A stretch of DNA of 24,000 nt, taken from the NCBI RefSeq assembly GCF_042434215.1, contig NZ_JBHLUB010000028.1, forward strand, positions 1-24,000. The letters are read 5' to 3'. The notes beneath the pieces are model-generated. The model saw nothing but the letters and a program-made list of their open reading frames with translations. It was not told the DNA's origin and searched no databases. This DNA comes from Micrococcoides hystricis. GTDB taxonomy: Bacteria; Actinomycetota; Actinomycetes; Actinomycetales; Micrococcaceae. Position numbers and translations under genes: made by a program. Positions 14,565-24,000 of the stretch are shown here, one piece after another (positions within the stretch are counted from its first letter, which is position 1; each line of letters begins with the position of its first letter).

Positions 14565-15059
14565 CTAGCTGGTCGGGACGACCCAGCAGGAGTCGACAAC
14601 GCCGGTGACTCCTTCTGAATCAGTCCGAAGCTCCATGACGTAATACCGATCCGCCGAGGTGGAGCGGCCGACTTCTGTCGCCCCAGTCACCGTTGACTGC
14701 GGAGAATCAGCCGTGTCTTTGGCCGTATCGGGGCCAATTGTGACGGTCTTCTGACCGACCACCGCATAAACCTCGTTCAAGACCTGGACGGCGCATTGGA
14801 CGGTATCTGCTGGCTTTTTGGAAACCTGGAACTCAACTTTGGCTTCGGTCGGCGAAACAATCTGATAGCCAACTTCTTTGTAGGTGTACGGCTTCAAAAA
14901 ACCAGCGAACGTGAACCACACGGAGACGGCGACGAGAACACCCAGCACGCCAGCAATCAGCCAGTTGCGCTGCTTCTTGGAGAGCTTAGAGAGCTTACCT
15001 TCTAGCGTCTTTGCTTTGCCGTAGCGGTCCGTAGGCTGGGGATCAGATTGTGGAGACAT
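14565..15059 (-). CDS. DUF4307 domain membrane protein (Rv1081c-like)
   Basis: It has a single N-terminal TM helix after RYGK...KKQRNW and a beta-rich C-terminal domain with conserved Cys residues. Its position between greA and mca matches mycobacteria. Confidence 0.7.
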   Translation of the reverse strand: MSPQSDPQPTDRYGKAKTLEGKLSKLSKKQRNWLIAGVLGVLVAVSVWFTFAGFLKPYTYKEVGYQIVSPTEAKVEFQVSKKPADTVQCAVQVLNEVYAVVGQKTVTIGPDTAKDTADSPQSTVTGATEVGRSTSADRYYVMELRTDSEGVTGVVDSCWVVPTS

Positions 15060-15158
15060 CGGTTTCTATTCTAGCCGGGCACGGGAATTTCTGCTTACCG
15101 GCACAAAGTTGAGATAATAGCAGGGCGCGTGTGCACCGCCATTACTTTTCTAGGGAGG

Positions 15159-16085
15159 ATGAGAGCTCTGAGTCAGCTCCGTGAGGACTACACCGGGTAC
15201 CGGTTGTTAGCGATTCATGCCCACCCTGACGATGAGTCGTCTAAGGGTGCAGCCATGATGGCTGATTACGCCGACCGGGGTGCCGACGTCATGGTCCTGA
15301 GCTGCACCGGCGGCGAACGTGGAGATGTGCTCAACGCTGAAGCCGCCTCCAACCCGAGAACCGAATGGGACTTGACCGGGGTGCGCTGGCAAGAAATGGC
15401 CGAAGCCACCGAGATCCTGGGTATTCACCACCGTTGGCTGGGCTTCGTAGACTCCGGTCTACCGGAAGGAGATCCCCTGCCGGCGCTACCGGCAGGCTCG
15501 TTCGCCACACTGCCTCTAGAGCAGGTCGCGGCACCGATTGTGAAACTCGTCCGGGATTTCAAACCCCACGTCATCATTTCCTACGACGAAATCGGCGGCT
15601 ACCCGCACCCCGACCACATCCAAAGCCACAAGGTCTCGGTAGAAGCATTCACCAAGGCGGGGGACCCGAACGCTTACCCGGATGCCGGCGAGCCGTGGGA
15701 GCCGCTGAAGCTCTACTACGATCGGGCCTTCAACCCGGACAAATTCCTCACCCTCCACGAATACCTGCTCGAAAGCACAGGAGAATCTCCGTACACTTCG
15801 CGTATAGCCCGGTATGAGGAAGGCATCCGCACCAAAGCCGACTGGATGACCCATCACAAGGTCACCACACAGGTGAATTCGGCGCATCTGCTGGACCGTC
15901 GCGACGCTGCGCTGCGAGCCCACCGGACCCAAGTAGAACCTTACGGTTTCTTCTTCATGGTCAATAACGACATTCTGACCGAAAAATGGCCGTGGGAAGA
16001 CTACGTCCTGATCGACTCTAAGGTCGACACCGAACTCCCCGAGACCTGTTTATTCGCCGGAATCACCCCGGCAGCGACCCTCTAA
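15159..16085 (+). CDS. mca: Mycothiol S-conjugate amidase (LmbE/PIG-L family)
   Basis: AIHAHPDDESSKGAA, TGGERG, WLGFVDSGLP, GGYPHPDHI, PDAGEPW and LFAGI closely follow M. tuberculosis Mca as I recall it. Synteny with greA favours Mca over MshB. The start is uncertain: ATG 15159 directly abuts GGGAGG, and GTG 15129 is the alternative. Confidence 0.85.
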   Translation: MRALSQLREDYTGYRLLAIHAHPDDESSKGAAMMADYADRGADVMVLSCTGGERGDVLNAEAASNPRTEWDLTGVRWQEMAEATEILGIHHRWLGFVDSGLPEGDPLPALPAGSFATLPLEQVAAPIVKLVRDFKPHVIISYDEIGGYPHPDHIQSHKVSVEAFTKAGDPNAYPDAGEPWEPLKLYYDRAFNPDKFLTLHEYLLESTGESPYTSRIARYEEGIRTKADWMTHHKVTTQVNSAHLLDRRDAALRAHRTQVEPYGFFFMVNNDILTEKWPWEDYVLIDSKVDTELPETCLFAGITPAATL

Positions 16086-16105
16086 AATCAAGAAAGATTC
16101 ACTCC

Positions 16106-16378
16106 GTGATTTTCACTCAATTCACCACCGACCTGCTGGTAGCCCTGTTCTTGGGCACCCGAGAATCCGAAATCGGACCGGGCATTGCAGGTTTCGTAGC
16201 AACCTTCGTCATGGTCGCCGCGACCATCTTCTTAATCCGTGACATGGCCAAACGCATTCGCCGTGTCCGCCACCGCGCCATGCTGGAACACGGCATCGAA
16301 GAGAACGCCTTCCCAGAAATGACCGTCGAAGAACAGCGCGCTAAGGCCGTCCACCCGGAAGAGAAACCAGAGAGCTAA
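16106..16378 (+). CDS. Small hypothetical membrane protein (position equivalent to Rv1083)
   Basis: The 90-aa product has two hydrophobic segments and a charged C-terminal tail. Its stop directly abuts the ATG of the next gene (TAAATG). No family was recognised. Confidence 0.5.
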   Translation: MIFTQFTTDLLVALFLGTRESEIGPGIAGFVATFVMVAATIFLIRDMAKRIRRVRHRAMLEHGIEENAFPEMTVEEQRAKAVHPEEKPES

Positions 16379-18526
16379 ATGAATCGTCTGAAGGAATCCG
16401 CGTCCGCCTACCTAAAACAACACGCCCAGGACCCTGTCCACTGGCAACAATGGGGCGCTGAAGCCTTCGACCAAGCTCGAGCCGAAAACAAGCCGGTCTT
16501 CATCTCGATCGGCTACGCCGCGTGCCATTGGTGTCACGTGATGGCTCGCGAATCCTTCCGAGATCTGGATGTGGCCCAGATCCTGAACGAACACTTTGTG
16601 TCCATCAAAGTTGACAGGGAAGAACACCCGCAGGTGGACGAACGATACATGTCCGCCACCCAACTCATGACGGGCCAAGGCGGGTGGCCGATGACCGTCT
16701 TCGCGCTGCCTGACGGGCAAGTGTTTTACGCCGGGACGTACTTCCCGCCCGAACCACGCAACAACCAACCCTCCTTCTCCCAGCTGCTCGCATCCATCAT
16801 TCACGTGTGGGACAACCGTCGAGAACAGCTGGAAGAATCAGCCGCGAAAATCACGGCGGCCCTCAAAGAAGAGAACCAACTCAACCAGAACATCCTGACC
16901 GCAGAGCTGCCAGGACCCAACGTTGAAGAGCTTTTCGGCGAGAACTTGGGCTGGCAACAGCTGGCCCAGATCGTCCCGACACTGGCCAAGGGTGAAGAAA
17001 AAGAACACGGCGGCTTCGGTTCCGCCAACGGACCCAAGTTCCCACCCCACCCGGCGTTGAACTTTCTCAACACCTACACTGCTGCAGAGTTCGGCATTGA
17101 CGAAGACGGCGACCAGACCCTAGCGCAGGCCTTCAGCGACGCCCGCAGCATCGCTAGCGGACTACAGCAACGCCTGCTTGATGCAATGGGCTCTGGCGCA
17201 CTCTTTGACCACGGCAACGGTGGGTTCTTCCGCTACACCGTCGACGGAGCATGGCAGCTACCGCACTTCGAAAAGATGCTCTTCGACAACGCCTACCTCC
17301 TGCAGGCCTATGCCGAAGCTGCGCTTCGGTCCGATAACCACTTTTGGACGTGGATTACCCGCACCACGGCCGCCTGGTTGATCAAAGACCTCCAGCTAGC
17401 CCACGGCGGTTTCGCCTCCTCACTGGAAGCAGACTCCGAGGTAGCCGGCTACAAAGTCGAAGGCGGCTACTACATTTACAGCGACGAACAGCTGGCAGAA
17501 GCTATCGCTGCGCTGAACCTACCGGCTGAGCTCTTTGAAGTCCGTGCCGGTGTGCCCGTGCCGGAAGCAGCCAATTTCGCCAGCGAGCTGACTGGTGCCA
17601 AAACCCTTGCGCTGAAGTCGATCCCCGACCAGAATCAACTGACCCAGTGGGCCCAGTTGATGAAGCATCTGGCGGCAGAACGCGAAGATGACCCCACCTT
17701 CTTGCTGCCTGACCGCGATGAGAAAATCGTCGCAGCTTGGAACGGGCAAGCCATCATTGCCCTGACCCAGGCGCACCTCTTGGCCCCTGAAGATAGTTTC
17801 CTCCAGGCCGCAGCGGCGGCCGGAGACTACCTCTGGAACTCCCATGTGCTCGAAGACCGGCTGGCACGCACCAGCTTCGACGGCAGCGCCTCCGACGTTG
17901 AAGGGATCCTGGCAGATTACACCCAAACCATCCGAGCCTTCGCCGCCTTGTACCGCAGCACGGGAGACAACCAGTGGTTCAGTCGCGCCAGCAAGGTCGA
18001 AGAGCTGCTGAATGCTCGTCTGGTTGATGACTCCGTCATTCGTGAAGTCGCCTCCGGGGATGTGCAGGTCAAGCACCTTGGCGCCCTGATCGAAGGTGAA
18101 TACTGGGCGAGCCCTCTAGATGACACCGAGCCATCCGGTGCCTCCAGATACGTGCTGGCACGCCATGAAATGAACGTGTTGCGCGGTGACAGTAGCGCCG
18201 AGGATGAGCACACCACTCGACTAATTTCGTTCGGTCTGACGTCCGGCACCCAAGTTCCCACCCACCTTGGCGGGATGCTGGAAGCAGCCGTGCACAAACT
18301 CAGGGCTCCGAAGACCCTGCTGATCCGTGACGTGGACGCCGCTGAACAGATTGCTGCTCAGCGCTGGGCCTGCACACACGGGTACGTGCCCATTGTTGTG
18401 ACGGAGGCCGACCAAGCGGCGCCAGTTGCTCAACAAGCCGCTGCGGTTGAAGCCGGACCGCTGCTACTGCGGTGTACCGGCATGATGTGTTTAGCTCCGG
18501 TCAGCTCAGTATCGGAGCTAAACTGA
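16379..18526 (+). CDS. Thioredoxin-domain protein, DUF255/YyaL family (Rv1084-like), with a C-terminal alpha/alpha-toroid six-hairpin-like domain
   Basis: The N-terminal sequence is NRL..S.S.YL.QHA.DPV.W..WG.EAF..A..E.KP.FISIGY..CHWCHVM..ESF. The length is 715 aa. Confidence 0.88.
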   Translation: MNRLKESASAYLKQHAQDPVHWQQWGAEAFDQARAENKPVFISIGYAACHWCHVMARESFRDLDVAQILNEHFVSIKVDREEHPQVDERYMSATQLMTGQGGWPMTVFALPDGQVFYAGTYFPPEPRNNQPSFSQLLASIIHVWDNRREQLEESAAKITAALKEENQLNQNILTAELPGPNVEELFGENLGWQQLAQIVPTLAKGEEKEHGGFGSANGPKFPPHPALNFLNTYTAAEFGIDEDGDQTLAQAFSDARSIASGLQQRLLDAMGSGALFDHGNGGFFRYTVDGAWQLPHFEKMLFDNAYLLQAYAEAALRSDNHFWTWITRTTAAWLIKDLQLAHGGFASSLEADSEVAGYKVEGGYYIYSDEQLAEAIAALNLPAELFEVRAGVPVPEAANFASELTGAKTLALKSIPDQNQLTQWAQLMKHLAAEREDDPTFLLPDRDEKIVAAWNGQAIIALTQAHLLAPEDSFLQAAAAAGDYLWNSHVLEDRLARTSFDGSASDVEGILADYTQTIRAFAALYRSTGDNQWFSRASKVEELLNARLVDDSVIREVASGDVQVKHLGALIEGEYWASPLDDTEPSGASRYVLARHEMNVLRGDSSAEDEHTTRLISFGLTSGTQVPTHLGGMLEAAVHKLRAPKTLLIRDVDAAEQIAAQRWACTHGYVPIVVTEADQAAPVAQQAAAVEAGPLLLRCTGMMCLAPVSSVSELN

Positions 18527-18540
18527 GTCGTCTTAAGGCC

Positions 18541-19203
18541 TTAGGCCAGCACGGCGAAGAACACGGCCACGAGGTGGCAAATAAATCCGACGACCGTCAG
18601 CGCGTGGAAAAGTTCGTGAAAGCCGAACCAGGTCGGTGAAATGTTTGGCCGTTTCAGCGCGTAGAACACCGCACCGGCAATATAGGCTGCGCCGCCGGCA
18701 CAGATCAGAATGGCGGCCGGCAAGTTCGCGGCAAAGAAGGACGGCAGGAACAGTGTCGCGGCCAGTCCCAGCACCACGTAGATCGGGGTGTAAAGCATCC
18801 GTGGCGCGTTGAGCCAGAAGATCCTGAAGAACGTGGCCATGAAAGCGCCCGCCCAGACCAAGGACAGCAACAGGATCGCTTCCGGCTGGGGCAGCAGCAA
18901 CCAAGAGATCGGGGTATAGGTACCCGCGATCAGGAACAGAATGTTGGTGTGGTCTATGCGGCGCAAAATGGCGCCTGTCCGAGGTGACCAACTGCCGAGG
19001 TGATACACGGCAGAAACCGTGAAAAGTTGCAGTGCCGAGGCCATAAAGACAAGCGTCGTCAGCCGCGCCGCCAACGACGGTGCCAAGACTAAGAGAACGA
19101 TGGCCACAATCAGCACCAACGGGGCCGTCACGAGATGGATCCAGCCACGTAAACGAGGCTTGACCTGTTGGAGGAGATCTTGTGCGGCGACAGCAGTGTT
19201 CAT
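18541..19203 (-). CDS. trhA: Hemolysin III / PAQR family membrane protein
   Basis: The 220-aa, 7-TM protein carries PAQR motifs: RLRGWIH near the N-terminus, SAVYH, RRIDH, and HELFHALT near the C-terminus. This is the Rv1085c-equivalent position. Confidence 0.88.
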   Translation of the reverse strand: MNTAVAAQDLLQQVKPRLRGWIHLVTAPLVLIVAIVLLVLAPSLAARLTTLVFMASALQLFTVSAVYHLGSWSPRTGAILRRIDHTNILFLIAGTYTPISWLLLPQPEAILLLSLVWAGAFMATFFRIFWLNAPRMLYTPIYVVLGLAATLFLPSFFAANLPAAILICAGGAAYIAGAVFYALKRPNISPTWFGFHELFHALTVVGFICHLVAVFFAVLA

Positions 19204-19351
19204 TACTCAAGAGTAGGGCACGAAGCTGTGCGTTCGCCGGGTGCGGCCGAATATGACGGGCCTGAAGGTGTGGTGCGCATCGCACCGGAAGGATGCTGAA
19301 CGCTCGGGTGGGTCAAGTAAACTATCTTCAAATCACCCACAGGAGGGCCAC

Positions 19352-20122
19352 TTGATCGCTAAAGCACTTTACCCGCTGTATGAGCGGCGGTTGTTGCGTA
19401 GCTTGGATCAAGATCAATTTCCCGGACACATCGGTGTCGTTGTCGATGGCAACCGTCGCTGGGCGAAGGCAACGGGGGAGACCACAGCATTTGGGCATCA
19501 AGCTGGCGCGGCCAAAATCATTGAATTTTTGGGCTGGTGCCACGAACTCGGTATTCACACCGTGACCCTGTACATGCTCTCGACGGACAATCTGAAGCGC
19601 CCAGCGCAAGAGCTGCAGCAGTTGATCAACATCATCTCCGACACGGTCGCCAAGATCGGAGCGGGGCTTCCGGACGGCACCCAGGTGCAATTGCAATGTG
19701 TCGGACAACTCCAACTGCTACCGGCGCAGCTGCGGGAACGGCTGACCGAGATCAGCGATCAGACCGCCAGCAATGAGGGTATTCACGTCAACGTAGCCAT
19801 TGGTTACGGCGGCCGCCAAGAAATCGTTGATGCCGTCCGCGACTTACTGCTGGCGGAAGAGGCTGCCGGGCGGGCCTGCAAGGACATTGCCGAAGATCTG
19901 AGCGCCGCTAAGATTTCTCAGTACCTCTATACCCGCGGGCAGCCAGATCCAGATCTTGTCATTCGTACTTCCGGGGAGCAGCGGCTCTCTGGTTTCCTCC
20001 TTTGGCAGGCTGCGTACTCCGAACTGTACTTCTGTGAGGCGCTCTGGCCTGATTTCCGCAAGACGGATTTTTTGCGGGCTTTGCGCGACTATACGAAACG
20101 TCAGCGTCGCTTCGGCATTTAG
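19352..20122 (+). CDS. uppS: Cis-prenyltransferase (UppS family; Rv1086-like short-chain Z-isoprenyl diphosphate synthase by synteny)
   Basis: Motifs are HIGVVVDGNRRWA, TLYMLSTDNLKR, IRTSGEQRLSGFLLWQAAYSELYF and WPDF. I prefer the TTG start at 19352, which has AGGAGG 5 nt upstream, giving 256 aa. The track start at 19241 is probably too far upstream. Confidence 0.85.
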   Translation: MIAKALYPLYERRLLRSLDQDQFPGHIGVVVDGNRRWAKATGETTAFGHQAGAAKIIEFLGWCHELGIHTVTLYMLSTDNLKRPAQELQQLINIISDTVAKIGAGLPDGTQVQLQCVGQLQLLPAQLRERLTEISDQTASNEGIHVNVAIGYGGRQEIVDAVRDLLLAEEAAGRACKDIAEDLSAAKISQYLYTRGQPDPDLVIRTSGEQRLSGFLLWQAAYSELYFCEALWPDFRKTDFLRALRDYTKRQRRFGI

Positions 20123-20257
20123 AACTACACATTTGTAATTTTCCTCACAGTTTTTAGCCTCCGTTAGCGTTTTGTTTACCGGCTACAGACCTTCGTGCTC
20201 CTAGGCTGAAAGTGAAGCCACCGGCTTTGGTGGCTCCACCCAAAACGAGGAGACCCC

Positions 20258-21631
20258 ATGAGTACGTCCGCACCAGAATACGCACAGGCGGGTAGCAGCA
20301 CGGACCGATTGGCTACTTCGGTCAAGAGTTACGTGTTGGACACTTCTGTCTTGTTGGCGGACCCGAAAGCCCTATTCCGCTTCGCAGAGCATCAAGTGAT
20401 CATCCCGATCGTCGTGATTAGCGAGTTGGAGAAAAAGCGTCATGATCCCGAGCTCGGCTACTTTGCCCGACAAGCGCTGCGCTTGCTCGATGAGCTCCGC
20501 TCCGAACATGGCGACCTGTCCCGGCCCATCCCGTTAGAAAAGAGCTCAGCGGGACAGGGCACCTTGATGGTGGAACTGAACCACATCAGCCTTGATGTGT
20601 TGCCGCTAGGATTCCGCAGTCAAGATAACGACACCCGCATCTTGGCGGTGTCACATAATCTTGCCCAAGAAGGCAAGGACATTGTGCTGGTCACTAAGGA
20701 CGTCCCGCTGCGTGTGAAAGCGGCAGCTCTGGGACTCGCCGCGGAGGCTTACCGACATGAACTAGTGCCAGATACCGGCTACACCGGGTGCACCAAGATC
20801 ATGGTTTCTGACGAGGCCAAGGACGAGCTGTACCGGAACGGTGGCATGGACGCCACCGAGCTGCGTAGCGGTAACCGGCCACTGATCGTCAATGAAGGCG
20901 TTGTGGTGCACTCACCATCTGGTGGAAGCGCGCTGGCTCGTTGCGTGAACGGAGTTTCGGGGAAGGAACTCCGTTTGGTGCGCGAACAGGATGTCTTCGG
21001 TGTGCAGGGCCGGTCAGCGGAACAACGCCTCGCCATTGACTTGCTCTTGGACGACTCAGTCGGGATCGTCTCTCTCGGCGGCCGGGCCGGAACCGGTAAG
21101 TCTGCGCTCGCGCTCTGTGCCGGTCTGGAAGCCGTCATGGAGCGTCGCCTCCACCGTAAGATCACTGTGTTCCGTCCGCTCTACGCCGTGGGCGGCCAAG
21201 AGCTCGGGTACCTGCCAGGTACTGAAGAGGAGAAAATGAACCCGTGGGGTCAGGCTGTGTACGACACACTGGGAGCCCTAGTCAGCGAGAACGTGCTTGA
21301 CGAGGTTACCGATCGTGGACTCCTAGAGGTCTTGCCGCTGACGCATATTCGCGGCCGCAGCCTGCACGACTCCTACGTGATCGTTGACGAGGCCCAGTCG
21401 CTGGAAAAGAACGTCCTGCTGACGGTGTTGTCCCGCATCGGACAGAACTCCAAGGTAGTCCTGACCCACGACGTGGCCCAACGCGACAACCTGCGTGTCG
21501 GTCGCCACGACGGCATCACCGCTGTGGTCGAGACCCTCAAGGGGCAGGGGCTGTTCGGGCATATGACGTTGCAGCGTTCCGAACGCAGCGCGATCGCCGC
21601 ACTGGTCACTGAACTACTCGATGAGTTCTAG
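20258..21631 (+). CDS. PhoH2: N-terminal PIN-domain RNase fused to a PhoH-like ATPase
   Basis: The PIN region is YVLDTSVLL...[10 protein letters not shown]...NDTRILAV. Walker A is GRAGTGKS, Walker B is YVIVDEAQ, and the PhoH C-terminal blocks are present. GAGGAG lies upstream of the ATG. Confidence 0.9.
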   Translation: MSTSAPEYAQAGSSTDRLATSVKSYVLDTSVLLADPKALFRFAEHQVIIPIVVISELEKKRHDPELGYFARQALRLLDELRSEHGDLSRPIPLEKSSAGQGTLMVELNHISLDVLPLGFRSQDNDTRILAVSHNLAQEGKDIVLVTKDVPLRVKAAALGLAAEAYRHELVPDTGYTGCTKIMVSDEAKDELYRNGGMDATELRSGNRPLIVNEGVVVHSPSGGSALARCVNGVSGKELRLVREQDVFGVQGRSAEQRLAIDLLLDDSVGIVSLGGRAGTGKSALALCAGLEAVMERRLHRKITVFRPLYAVGGQELGYLPGTEEEKMNPWGQAVYDTLGALVSENVLDEVTDRGLLEVLPLTHIRGRSLHDSYVIVDEAQSLEKNVLLTVLSRIGQNSKVVLTHDVAQRDNLRVGRHDGITAVVETLKGQGLFGHMTLQRSERSAIAALVTELLDEF

Positions 21632-21658
21632 CCTGCCGCTGAGCTAGAACAACAAAGT

Positions 21659-21686
21659 GGGGCCCGGAAGAATTCTTCCGGGCCCC
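21659..21686. terminator. Bidirectional terminator hairpin between convergent phoH2 and icd
   Basis: GGGGCCCGGAAGAATTCTTCCGGGCCCC is a perfect 28-nt palindrome with 12-bp GC-rich arms and an AATT centre. TCTCTT follows on the plus strand. Confidence 0.75.
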
Positions 21687-21718
21687 TCTCTTGCTGGGTG
21701 TCAACTAGTGTGCAGTGA

Positions 21719-23998
<2,280 letters not shown>

Positions 23999-24000
23999 GC

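Noticed and set aside
18533-19285. 250-aa ORF on the same strand as trhA in another frame
   Set aside because: It is Arg/Pro/Ala/Gly-rich with no recognisable family, typical of a shadow ORF in GC-rich DNA. The overlapping frame encodes a convincing 7-TM PAQR protein.
20212-20295. 27-codon GTG-initiated uORF ([27 protein letters not shown]) overlapping the phoH2 start, considered as a phoAT-like antitoxin ORF. A 7-bp stem (AGCCACC/GGTGGCT, about 20216-20235) lies in the leader.
   Set aside because: There is no SD, the ORF is very short, and no homology can be assessed from the sequence alone. It is worth checking with ribosome profiling but is not supportable as a feature.
21659-21686. Perfect 28-bp palindrome containing GAATTC, considered as a recombination or attachment site or a protein-binding operator
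   Set aside because: It sits exactly between two convergent stop codons, has GC-rich arms, and is not repeated elsewhere in the window. It is best explained as a bidirectional terminator.

Overview
The window is actinobacterial chromosome and splits into two compositionally different parts. No tRNA, rRNA, CRISPR array, integrase or transposase was recognised anywhere.

Part A (about 1-8050) is AT-richer. Single 60-nt lines I counted by hand gave 33% and 48% GC. It holds a compact accessory catabolic cluster:
- a BCCT transporter that is truncated at its C-terminus
- a SnoaL-like::flavin-reductase fusion
- a GntR/FCD regulator
- a tightly packed seven-gene plus-strand operon: two tandem 'amino acid synthesis'/DUF1185 paralogs, an alpha/beta hydrolase, an aldehyde dehydrogenase, a 4-OT-type tautomerase and a luciferase-like (LLM) flavin monooxygenase

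I read this as a two-component LLM ring- or C-N-opening pathway for a betaine-like or N-heterocyclic substrate. Its logic resembles the Rut, Pyr and Tgn pathways, but the DUF1185 pair and the SnoaL fusion have no assigned role. This is the best candidate for an undescribed system in the window.

Part B (about 8140-24000) is GC-richer. Hand counts of two lines gave 62% and 63%. It is core housekeeping:
- tag, a Maa-like acetyltransferase, a GroES-like paralog, a BI-1/YccA protein, an AI-2E transporter and ilvA coupled to an Rrf2 regulator
- a block syntenic with M. tuberculosis Rv1080c-Rv1086: greA, DUF4307, mca, a small membrane protein, a DUF255 thioredoxin-domain protein, hemolysin III/TrhA and a cis-prenyltransferase
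- PIN-PhoH (PhoH2) and monomeric isocitrate dehydrogenase

All functional calls come from motif and family recognition on the supplied translations. No database search was run.
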